Below, one piece after another: positions 1 through 11,216 of a stretch of DNA of 64,000 nucleotides (its first letter is position 1; every line of letters starts with the position of its first letter). This DNA is from Podarcis bocagei (lineage: Eukaryota): the NCBI GenBank assembly GCA_964188305.1, contig OZ076885.1; one strand, written 5' to 3'. Below the pieces are notes generated by a model. The model made no database searches and was not told where the DNA came from. It was given only the letters and a program-made list of their open reading frames with translations. The translations under genes and the position numbers were made by a program.

Positions 1-174
1 GAAATAGTATCTCGGGTTAAGAACTTTGCTTCAGGATGAGAAAAGAAATTGTGTTCCGGCGGCGTGGCAGCAGCAGGAGGCCCCATTAGCTAAAGTGGTG
101 CTTCAGGTTAAAACAGTTTCAGGTTAAGAACGGACCTCCGGAACAAATTAAGTACTTAACCCGAGGTACCAATG
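1..174. mobile_element. Tc1/mariner-pogo-type MITE, family A (cut by window edge)
   Basis: Same internal sequence as the copies at 8664, 14592, 22998, 46805 and 54751; ends aacccgaggtaccaatg+ta. Confidence 0.85.
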
Positions 175-1326
175 TACCCATTTTGCAGATGGGTAGGCTG
201 AGCCCAAGAGAATTTGGGCTTGCCTAAGGCCATCTAATGAGTTCATGGCTGAGGTGAGATTTGAACTGTTATATTCCATCTCATAGCTTATATTAACAAA
301 TACACTTCACCAACTTTGGGCTTCAGTTTTCTCTTCTCATTAACACTCATGGAGGAAGGTGCTGTGTTCTTAATGTTAATGTTTTAATTTAATTTCTTGG
401 GAGCAATTTGCTATTAATTACATGTGTGTAGGTAACATTGAATTCACTTGGATTTATGCATGAGTAACTGCAATCTGCATTTCAGCCTTAAATGGTTCTT
501 GCCATTTACAGGACTTTTGATGCAGTGATGATAAGGAGGCTGTATGGTAACAATTAAAGCGGATCTTAGCAATCCTTTTTCATGTTAATCACATGAGATT
601 TCAATGCATTTTTCTTTTTCTTTTTTTAAAAAGCTCAGTAATAAAGACAAATAGCTGTTTTGTCAAGTCTTCCTGTCTCCCGTGTCTTATGGTACTCTGA
701 ATCTGAAGAATAAGGTGGAACAGACATTAAAGTAAGTCACACATCTCTAAGGTCTGTGATGAGCAGTGTGAGCAATGGGGCAGGAAGTCCCTGAATTCTG
801 CCATAGACTTTTCAACCGAGACCTCACTAAGAGACCTCAAGCAGGTACAGTCCCAATACAACCCTTACTGGCACTTCTGGTATTTGCTTGAAATCCTATG
901 AAATCGAACTATTTGCTACTCTAATAACACATGCAAGGCATATAGGACTTTCAGCCATAGAGATATAGAGACAGGAGTTCAGAATGTAATGGCAAATGGT
1001 AGCTCTCAGTTTAATACAGCGCTGCTTATTCAGGTTGGGTGGGACTGCAGTCCTTTAAAATTTTCATGGGTGTCCTTAGACAAACCTTATATTTGGCCCC
1101 CTGCTTCTACAATGTGGGGATGACAGTACTGAGTTTCCATAAGAATGACTTAGATAACGCATGCACGTTGCTGCACACACTCTATTTGCTTCAGTGCAAG
1201 ACAGTTGTTCCCCAGGACCACCCCTTTGTTGGGTGATAATGCCTAGGCCTGGTGCCTCCCCCCAACACAGCACCCCCCAGGATTCATCACTCCGGTCTAC
1301 CCTCACGCTGATGCGGCCCATATCCC

Positions 1327-1971
1327 ATATCACCTCCAGGCTTGACTACTGTAATTCGCTCTACGCAGGGCTGCCCTTGAAGCTGTCCCAGAAACTCCAG
1401 CGGGTGCAGAATGCTGCAGCAAGGCTCTTCATGGGGTCTCTGCCATGGGAGCATATTCACCCAGTGCTTTTCCAGCTGCACTGGCTCCCGGTGGAGTACA
1501 GGGTCAGATTCAAGGTGCTGGTTTTGACCTTTAAAACCCTTCAAGGCCTAGGACCCTCGTACCTACGGGACCGCCTCTCCCGGTATGCCCCACGGAGGAT
1601 CTTAAGGTCCATAAATAGCAACACTCTAGAGGTCCCGGGCCCTAAGGAAGTTAGATTAGCCTCAACCAGAGCCAGGGCTTTTTCAACACTGGCTCCGGCC
1701 TGGTGGAATGCTCTGTCTCATGAGACCAGGGCCCTGCAGGATCTGATTTCTTTCTGCAGGGCCTGTAAGGCAGAGTTGTTCCACCTGGCCTTTGGCTTAG
1801 AATCAGTTTGATTCCCTCCCCCTCTTTCTTTTTCCTTTCTCCTGTGAAGAGGCTGCATTTTAATTGTTTTAATGTTGTATTTTAATCTTGTTTTTAAGTT
1901 GTATTCATTCAACTCATTTTTATTATTGATTGTTAGCTGCCCTGAGGGCTGGGGAGGGCGGGGTATAAATA

Positions 1972-2023
<52 letters not shown>
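1327..2023 (+). mobile_element. L2 LINE 3' fragment with (ATT)n tail
   Basis: Translates ITSRLDYCNSLYAGLP...LQRVQNAAARL...LHWLPVEYRVRFKVLVLTFK, the typical L2 ORF2 C-terminus; 3' UTR ends in (TTA)n ~1974-2023. Confidence 0.92.
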
Positions 2024-2025
<2 letters not shown>

Positions 2026-2739
2026 CATCATCATCCAGGAACATGAGCACACGACAGGCAGAGTTCAAAGCAGAAGCTCAGCCTTGAGGAGTAATGTCTA
2101 AGCCTAATTTATTGCAAATGAAATCAAACGTAACAGAACAAAGAAAACATGGTTCCTCTCTCTGTCTTTCTTCCTCAGAGAGAGGCTGCAAAAGCAAAAG
2201 CTATACAGAGCGGAAACAGCGTATCTCAATTTCCTCTCACAAGACTCCAGCAATCAGTGCTGGAATGTAAACAGACATGTGACATGTAACAATCCCGCAC
2301 ATCTGTCTGCAGCATGGGAGGAATGGAATTCCCAACACCCTTATCTTGCCCTCACTCCTGATCCGTACAACTAGTCCTCTGTAATGGGCTTGTAGCCAGT
2401 AGGAGAAAGGTGGCAGCAGCAGCAGCACATGACTCAAGTCGCTTCCAAATCATTGTTATATAGCCTATGGAGAAGTGGAGGGTGGTCCATTAGGACTGCC
2501 CTCTGCCAGTCTTACCTGTCTGCCTTCATACAACCAGTCCAGAAGGGGGACACTGGCTGTCTGCTTCCTCCTCTTCAAGTCTCAAAGATGCCCTTGTGGA
2601 ACTAAGCAGGGAGAAGGAAGATGGGGACAAAACTAGACCTATCTGGCTCTGCCTGGCATTGGCATTGGCTCTGCCTTTCACCAGTCACAATGGGCACCAG
2701 CCAGTGCTGCTATGGAGGATAAGCCACAGTGCCTAAGCT

Positions 2740-2910
2740 CCACCTCCACCTTGGAGTCTGCTTCTGAAGACCAGTTGCTGGGAGCTACATGTGTCAAGAA
2801 TGCCCCTGTGCTTGGGTGCTGCTTGGGCGCCTCCCATAGGCATCTGGTTAGAACAGGGTGCTGGACTAGATGGGCCTTTGGTCCAATCCAGCTGGGCATT
2901 TCTTATGTTC
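2740..2910 (+). mobile_element. Old SINE or CR1 3'-tail fragment
   Basis: ctggactagatgggcctttggtccaatccagc...ttcttatgtt tail; similar tails at 10700-10880, 21495-21680 (-), 26280-26450, 43955-44130 (-), 49000-49330 (-), 51710-51990. Confidence 0.6.
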
Positions 2911-2936
2911 GTAGGCCACCAACAAAGGAGCTTTGA

Positions 2937-4005
2937 TGTCAGGGACAGGCATTGAGGATGAAGAGTGGTGGGAGAAGCCTGCCCAAGAATCCCCCAGGGA
3001 TGATACAGAGGAAGGAGACTTAGACCCAGGACAGTGGTGGTGGGACACTGAGGAATGGTCTGTGGAAGGGACAAGCTGGCAGGTGATAGAAGCAGGAGGT
3101 TTGAGTGGACACTGGGAGTCTGAAGTAGAAAGCTATTCCAGGATAGGACTGTGTGCCAAGGGTCACATTGTGAATGCAGATTCTGTCAGAGGTGTTGTGG
3201 GGATGATTAGGGAGGCAGGAGAGGATATATTATTTAATGATATCCTTCCTAACTTGCGCTAGCAAATTCCATATCCCCCTTTTTAAATTACACACTGGTT
3301 AGCTTGTTGCTGCCTCTTTTGAGCCTCACTACTTAAGATTCCTGGCAAGATCCCTTTTCTATCCCTCCTTAAAGAATAGACATGACCATCTGATTAATGT
3401 TAACATAAAACTAGTTTACTTACAATCATCCAGTTCACAATAAGATCCCTGAAGGCAGGCTTAGGTTACATAACTATATATCTACATGAACTGTCGCATA
3501 AGAGAATTAGTCCCAAGTGACTGTGACTGAGCAGTCACGTCTCCTAACACCCAGGAACACAAAATGTCCAAGAACAGGCCACACCCACATTAAGTCACAT
3601 GCAAAGGAAGTTTGTACCAGCTCAGGAGGAACTATCAAGTTTTCTCCTGAGTGATATAAAGCATTCCCCAGCGTGTGCATTGTAGGAATGTTGTATTTGA
3701 CTGCAATCCCACAGGTGTTACTTCATTTGCCCAGCAGCAGGACAGCCTCTCTTCAGCTAGCTTGCATGTCAGAATTCACGGCTTCTTGGAGCCTTGCATG
3801 TCAGAAGAGCCTTGCATGTCAGAATTCACGGCTTCTTGGGAGGAGTCCAGAGAGAGGGAAGGAGGGTCCCAGCAACGTCTTTGACTAGGGCAGATTAGCA
3901 TAGATGTACTCTGTTGTGTTTTATTTACTATTGTGAATAAAAGCCGATTGTACTTCATGTCTTGAGTCCTCTTACTGACCTGAGGATGAATCTGTATTCC
4001 TGACA
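2937..4005 (+). mobile_element. Composite decayed LTR-like region (outer tgtcaggga...ttcctgaca)
   Basis: TG...CA termini with a short inverted repeat, AATAAA ~3936, internal duplications 3760-3838; no TSD found, so the two ends may not belong to one element. Confidence 0.5.
3196..3713 (-). mobile_element. Solo LTR nested in the 2937-4005 region
   Basis: Termini tgtggg...cccaca; 5-bp TSD GGTGT at 3191-3195 and 3714-3718. Orientation inferred from a minus-strand AGTAAA ~3415-3420. Confidence 0.75.
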
Positions 4006-7000
4006 GCCCCTTGAAACTTGGTTAGGCTTTTCCTTCCAGTGGGGCACACAGCCTGACCCAGAAGTGTGGAAATCTGTCTGGGGCTCTAGACAAGGAGGCA
4101 CCTTGTGAAAAAGTGAGAACACTTTTCCCCCTTGTGATACACATGCCATTTAAAAGTTCCCTGGTCCACCAAGGTCTGAAGTGGGAAGGACTTTACCTGG
4201 CATCATTATCATCAGTTTGTTGTATCTTTGCCATCATGACTACAAGAGGTTGGGCGAAGTTGCGATGAGTGACCCCCCTAACTCTCTATGAAGCAAGCAG
4301 ACAGTCCTGTTGCTTAGAATTCAGTGATTTCTATGAGCACAGTGACCAGAATAGTGGTGTGGATGGCTACACATATGCCCGGGTAATTTTAATAGAAAGT
4401 TTCAGAGCCTCAAATCCAGTGACTCAGTGCGCAGGAGGAAGCTGCCTAAGACAGCTCAGCATCAGTGGTGGGAGTCTTTGTGCCAAAAGGCTGAGGGCAC
4501 CACATGCTTGGGAAGGTCTCCTAAGAAAGCCTACTTCCCACAGCTGTCTCCCTCAGGACTGCAGAACCCATGGCTCTGGAGAGGACTCCAGCTTCCATCA
4601 GACCCAGCCAGTCAAGGATGATGGGAGTTGTTGTCCAGTAACACCTGCAGGGTCAAGATTCCCCATCCTTGGTCTACCTTACCTGGATGCTTCTTGGTTT
4701 GTCTCTGCTCTGATTTTGATGATAGATCCCATGCCTCATCTAGCACAGTCCTAGGAAGCCTTCTGCTGCCATAACAGCTGCATCTTCCCAAGGCTCAAGG
4801 ACAAATACAACTGGCATTTATGGTGCAACTCATGACGACAGTCATTAAGCTTGTTTACACATTACACTGAAGGTTGACATGAGCTGTCTCGGCACAGGTA
4901 CAAGTATCTGCATGGAAGAGTCTACATGTGTCAGAATTTTCAGGCTGTACACTCTTTGCATCTTACATGTGAGTAATTGTATGAAGGTGCATCCCAGTGG
5001 TTTGTGTACACAGATCCATAGACTGTACACTCTTTGGAACAACAACAACAGCAATCATTTATATCCTGAACATAATGTGTGAACATCCATATCATCATGG
5101 CTGCACCGGTGAGGGATGACTGTTGTGGTCCTGATGTTACATTACACAGTTAAGGAAGGGGACAGGGCAATTGGCAGCTTTGTTATAATCAAATGAGGCA
5201 TAACCTTTGTTGTTTTTACCCATATGGAGGGAAGGGCAAGCAAAAACTACCTCAGGGTCTGCTCCAGCTGGACTAACCACCCAACTTCCCCGCTCTGGGG
5301 ATTGTGGGAAGGAAGCTTGTGACCTTTTATATTTTTATATTATATATTGTCGTGTTTATTTGTTTGTTTGAAGTCAGTTTATTGCTTCTTCTCAGTTACC
5401 TTGGAAATATTTCTATCTTGAAAGGTGAGATATAAATAAGTGTAATAAACACATAAAGTAAGACTGTAAGGGTTGAAGAGCAAAGGTTTTGATTTGCTGA
5501 ATGAACAGAGAGCTATTATTACAACTGATTAAATTGATTAGTTATTTGTTACCAGGCTCTCTAAGTGACTTACATTTAAAAACATAAACATACTGTAAAT
5601 ACAACTGCATCTGAATTTCTCATTCTCTGGTACTAAAGCATTTTGGGCTAATATTGTCCATCTACCTTCCTGAACTAGCAAATGATACACAAGCCATCTC
5701 ACATTTTTCACTTTCCTCTGATGCTGCAAAATGTGCATTATCACAGTCTGAACATGTGGTCCTTACCCCACAAAACGGATTCCTTGCTGAACATAATGGA
5801 AGCTCCTTCTATCATAACCCAACAGCCCCGATAATATTGATCCAATCCACAAATCTAGTTGCATCCCTTAGTTTTTACACGGTGAGGCTTGGAACTGCAA
5901 TATAAGCAGAAAAGTGTTAAGTTGCTAAGAATTATTTTTAAAGCTTCAACTCCCCCCTTTTTTAAATTAAGGAAATCATTCTTCATATTTACTTTAAAAT
6001 GCTAATAAACTATTAAATGAACAAGTAACACAATATGCAACAATTTTTGCACCATCCCTCTAGTGCCTAAAAATTGCAGGATAAAGTTGGTGTATACTTG
6101 ATAACAATTTACATGTTTATTTTACCATCTGGTAAATGTGTAAATGATATTTTGGGAAGCACATTTCAAATTCACTTTAACAACTTCTCCTCGACAATAT
6201 GTATCCTATCTTATGTATCGACTGGTAGATTATTTTTTTTTAGGGGGGTTATACATAAGGGAAAAAAATATCTATCTAGAAACATGAACTCAGTAGGAGA
6301 TGGGGGTGTGCAGGGAAGACTGATATGGAAAGATTAATTTATCTGTTGTTGTTTTTTAGTGTGTGGTTAAGCCTCATTCAAAATGGATGGATTTTCTGTG
6401 GTGTTGCAAGTATTCTAACCATTCAATCAGTTTGCCTGTCTTAGAGCATTTCTGTGTATCATGGTTCAGAGATGATCATATCAAGTTTCCTATGGACAAC
6501 AAGGGGGGACTTCTAGGTTCCAACAAAGCGGCAGGCAGCATCATGTGTGATGTTCTGCAGCTCTATCACATTCTTTCCGAGGGGTTTGAATTTGCCGTCC
6601 AATGTGTCTAAATATGGGAGGCTCATTATTGGATGTGTTACAGCAAACCTCAAGTGGATTTGCTTGCATTATGTACTTCAACAGCATTTTGACCCTTTAT
6701 CTGTCTGACTCCCTTCCACCCCCACACCCTGCTTCCATTCCAGTTTACTGGTCTCACGAGAGTAGATCACAAGCAGTTTTCATGATTGTTACAAATGAGG
6801 GGTCTGACTTAAAAAAACCTCCAAACCCAAATCTTATTTACCCTTTCCTAACTGGCAACAATCTCCTTTGGTAAAATGCAACCTGTCCTCTAAGGAAAGC
6901 TGTGCAGAGTACACCTCCACAGTAATTGCCATCTGGCTGATTTGCAAATTAAGTTTGGGAACACATTTCCAATGTAGGCTTTAAACTAATGCAGCTTTAC

Positions 7001-7317
7001 ATTATACCAGCCCTTCCTAACCTGCTGTATCCAGGCAGCCGTGATGCTTTTCTTTCAAGCCTGGAAGTCCTGGTTAACAAAGGACATCCCATTTGCACGG
7101 TGATGGTGTAGTGTAGCACCTCAAGGAGCTTCCAGACTGCCACTCTTTTTGGATGTGATTCAATCACACGCTAGAAAATCCAGGTTTTGCAATTACTGTT
7201 CATTGAGGGGTCTTGCACAGCAAACCTGCTCCGCCAAAATATTAAACTGTTTGCAGTAATGAAAGTGATGGGGAAAATGCACTAGAAAGTGTGAGCTGCA
7301 TGCACTAGAAATTATGG

Positions 7318-7525
7318 GAGAGCTAGGGTGGGGTAGTGGTTAAGAGTGCTGGACTAGCACTGGGGAGACTAGGGTTCAAATCCCCACTGAGCCATGAAGC
7401 CTACTGGGTGATTTTGAGCCTGTTACTGTATCTCAGCCTAACCTACCCCACAGAGTTGTTGTGAGGAAAAAAGGAGAGGGGGAAAAGCATGTACACTGCC
7501 TTGAATTCCTTTGAGAAAAGTATAA
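7318..7525 (+). mobile_element. tRNA-derived squamate SINE (Squam3/MIR-like), old copy
   Basis: A/B-box-like head gtagtggttaagagtgctggactag...gggttcaaatcccc and core ctcagcctaacctacc; related copies at 19925-20110, 36465-36600, 42082-42570. Confidence 0.75.
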
Positions 7526-8663
7526 TCATCATCATAATGATAACGACACACTTGCTCAATGCAACATCATGTAATCTTCCACCAACAAATCTGGATGAAT
7601 GAACAATAAGCAGGTTGTCTCAAAGTATCCTCAGTGAATCTAGAGTTAACCCATCAAATTTTGTTCCTATCACTTTCATCCAGTGCTTCATGTGCACCAC
7701 AAAGCATGCATGGATCTCTTCTCTGCTTAGGCTTTCCCAGTCACTTAAGATGGACAGGAAGAGCATCACTTTCTAGATAAATAATAGCTTAAACTTTTAT
7801 CCCCAAACAGTATAATACTAAGCATACATACCTATGATCCACCCACTTGTATAAAAGTTATTATGGAGAGATGGTGATATACCATTTATGCCAGAGAAGT
7901 ATGCCTAGGTTTCCATTTTTGCTGTTGTGATTAATTCTACCATCCCATAACGGGGCTATTCCAATTAAGGGAGAACACCCCATTAGCAAGATTCACCTAT
8001 CAAATAATTAGTATCCGATGTTTCCTGATCAATTGCTTTCCTATTTGAATTAACAGAAGGCCACCCCTCTAAACGTGTTCTATGTGCTGGTTCAGGTTTC
8101 GCTGAAATGACCCTTTCCTTCCTCATGTGATCACCCACTGGAGTGCATGTAGACTTGCAACCTGATCAAAATTTCATGAAGTTGTACCTCTCCCTCCTTA
8201 TGCTGGTCTACGACCATAATAAAGTGTTGATTGATTGATTTTATGAAGATGACTGTATCAACTGATCAACTTCCACGGCTTTTGTGCTTCACATATTAAT
8301 GGTGGTCATTACCACAAATCATAGTGGTCATGAGTATATGTTCCTCCCTCTGGAGGTGCAACTTCAAAGGACAATTGAGAATCTGAACTGAGACTCATAA
8401 GGAGAATGAAGAAAAATCTCAAGTGAACCAATAATTACTTGGATGAATCAAAAGTAGTCTGCAAGCTCCTTGATAATCAGATAATTCAACAACATAATCA
8501 GTGGATTGTGCTTCAAACTTACAACTCATTATTTATAAAACAACTACCAGAATTTAAGCCCAATAGGTTTCAGAACAGTGAAGCTCATACCATAATTTTC
8601 AGATCACTATAACCCTTCTAGAATTTGAATCTATTTGTGTTCAACATTTTATTTTATATAATA

Positions 8664-8905
8664 CAGTGGTACCTTGGGTTAAGTACTTAATTCGCTCCGG
8701 AGGTCCATTCTTAACCTGAAACTGTTCTTAACCTGAAGCACCACTTTAGCTAATGGGGCCTCCTGCTGCCACCGCGCCACCAGAGCACGATTTCTGTTCT
8801 CATCCTGAAACAAAGTTCTTAACCCAAGGTAATATTTCTGGGTTAGCAGAGTCTGTAACCTGAAGCATATGTAACCTGAAGCGTATGCAACCCGAGGTAC
8901 CACTG
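8664..8905. mobile_element. Tc1/mariner-pogo-type MITE, family A
   Basis: TIR cagtggtaccttgggtt / aacccgaggtaccactg, TA on both sides. Confidence 0.92.
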
Positions 8906-9291
8906 TAGTGACAGGGCAGTTTATGACACATTTCCTTAAGAGTGTAGTGGCTGAGGCTGATGTGAGCTGCTGTCTAAAATATCTGAAGGGCACCTTAAGG
9001 TCAAGCATTCCATGAATTTGGTAATCAAATAATAAATCTTCATCCACATCATAATTGTGTTTGAAGTTCCTAAACCCTCCATGCAGATCTTTGAAAGAAT
9101 TTTTTTTTTAAAGTACATTAGTGGTGAGGAAACCTGTGGCTTTCCAGATGCTGTTAAATGAAAAAAAACCCCTCATAATCCATGTTCATTGGCCATAGTG
9201 GCTAAGGCTGATGGAAATTAGAGCCAAAGAACATCTGAAGAAACATAGGTTCCTCACCCTCAGTTTAAAACTATAGAGGTACTTCATTTGC

Positions 9292-9567
9292 NNNNNNNNN
9301 NNNNNNNNNNNNNNNNNNNNNNNNNNNNNNNNNNNNNNNNNNNNNNNNNNNNNNNNNNNNNNNNNNNNNNNNNNNNNNNNNNNNNNNNNNNNNNNNNNNN
9401 NNNNNNNNNNNNNNNNNNNNNNNNNNNNNNNNNNNNNNNNNNNNNNNNNNNNNNNNNNNNNNNNNNNNNNNNNNNNNNNNNNNNNNNNNNNNNNNNNNNN
9501 NNNNNNNNNNNNNNNNNNNNNNNNNNNNNNNNNNNNNNNNNNNNNNNNNNNNNNNNNNNNNNNNNNN
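9292..9567. other. Assembly gap
   Basis: Run of N. Confidence 1.
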
Positions 9568-10318
9568 CTTTATTGTCATTACACTAGTGCAACATTGCAC
9601 AAGTGCAACGAAATTGGATGCCATCCCTTAAAAACAGTAAAAGCAAAACAACAACAACAACCAAACAAACCACCTTCCAACCACCCCCACCCCCACCCCC
9701 AAAAACTCCCAGATCTCACTATCGAGTTACAGCATTCAAAAAGGCCACAGCTCTTGGATAGAAACTGTTTTTCAGTCTATTTGTCCTTGACTTGATGTTT
9801 CTATACCTCCTGCCAGAAGGCAGTAGTGCAAACAGACTGTATCCCGGGTGAGATGGATCCTGCAGGATGTTGTTTGCTTTCCTAAGGCAACGGGAACCGT
9901 ACAGTTCTTCCAAAGGTGGGAGAGGGTGACCAATAATCCTTTGGGCTGTGGTTATGACCTTCTGGAGCACCTTCCTCTCTCTAGCTGTACAACTGGAGAA
10001 CCAAGCACAAATACAGTATGTGAGTATGCTCTCTATGGAGCCTCGGTAGAAGGACACCAGCAGTCTCTCACTCAGATTGTTCTTTTTTAAAAGTCTGAGG
10101 AAATAAATTCTCTGCTGGGCCTTCTTCACCAGAGCAGTGGTATTTGCGCTCCAAGTCATGCCCTGATCCATAGTCACTCCCAAAAACCTGAATTCCGCCA
10201 CCCTCTCCACCCGTTCCCCGTTGATATACAAGGGCTGAATGTCCGCCTTTTTTTTCCTGTAATCCACCACCAATTCCTTGGTCTTAGCCGTATTAAGAGC
10301 CAGATTGTTCTCTCCACA
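9568..10318 (-). mobile_element. Rex1/Babar-clade LINE 3' fragment (RT C-terminus, frame intact)
   Basis: VVDYRK...INGERVERVAEFRFLGV...KKAQQRIYFLRLL...IESILTYCICAWF...DPSHPGYSLFALLPSGRRYR...RLKNSFYPRAV; minus-strand 3' end aatttcgttgcac...aatgacaataaag. Confidence 0.9.
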
Positions 10319-10333
10319 GATATAGATAGATTT

Positions 10334-10494
10334 NNNNNNNNNNNNNNNNNNNNNNNNNNNNNNNNNNNNNNNNNNNNNNNNNNNNNNNNNNNNNNNNNNN
10401 NNNNNNNNNNNNNNNNNNNNNNNNNNNNNNNNNNNNNNNNNNNNNNNNNNNNNNNNNNNNNNNNNNNNNNNNNNNNNNNNNNNNNNNNNNNNNN
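10334..10494. other. Assembly gap
   Basis: Run of N. Confidence 1.
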
Positions 10495-10529
10495 ATGAAT
10501 GGATCCTTTGGTGCTGATTCCTGGCAGAA

Positions 10530-11030
10530 GGCTAGTTTGGTCTCTAATTGCTTTGTTTTTTTTCTTCAGCCATGGTACTGCATTCGGATCTACTTCTCAA
10601 ATTAAGGGTGTTGAGACAGGAGACAGCCAAGTAAATATTTCTATGTATGCAGCTGATATTATGTTACTCTTCGAACCAACTTGAGAAATCTGTTTGTTTC
10701 CGTTATGCCTGGAGGCAGCAATTCTTCTGAACACCAGTTTCTGGAGGCCACAGGAGAGGAGAATGCTCTAGTGCTCTGGTCCTGCATGTGAGTTCCTCCC
10801 ATGCATCTGTTTAGCCACCGTGAGAACGGGAAGTTGGACAGGATGGGTCATTGGCCTGATCCAGCAGCTTCTTCATAGTGAGTTCTTATTAGAAGAATTT
10901 AACTTTGTTTCTGGATACAAAGGTAAATACGAATTACCTGATTTGTATATATACTAATTGCACAGATCATTTAACAATTCAGTCTTACAAGTTCTAGAAA
11001 ACTAATCAGATATCTTGGAATTAGTCTGGT
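10530..11030 (+). mobile_element. Decayed L1/Tx1-type RT fragment interrupted by a SINE (10700-10880)
   Basis: IKGVETGDSQVNISMYAADIMLL (cf. SLYADD), then FVSGYK ~10905 and IRYLGI ~11005, in the order expected for L1 RT. Confidence 0.65.
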
Positions 11031-11216
11031 TTGGGCCCAGTGTTTCATACATTTTGCATCTTAAAAATCACCACTTGATATAATCACTGAGTTGCTGGTA
11101 GACAAACCAATGCCACCTCTTGGATCTATTCCCACCCACCCATTCTTTCTTGAATCATACATTCACTGTAAATCTAATAAGTAGCAATAGAAGTAACACT
11201 ATCTCTTCCACCCCTC

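Noticed and set aside
7330-7400. tRNA-like A/B boxes (also in other SINE heads)
   Set aside because: SINE heads with no full cloverleaf.
9271-9624. ORFs full of X (also 58790-59185)
   Set aside because: They span assembly gaps.
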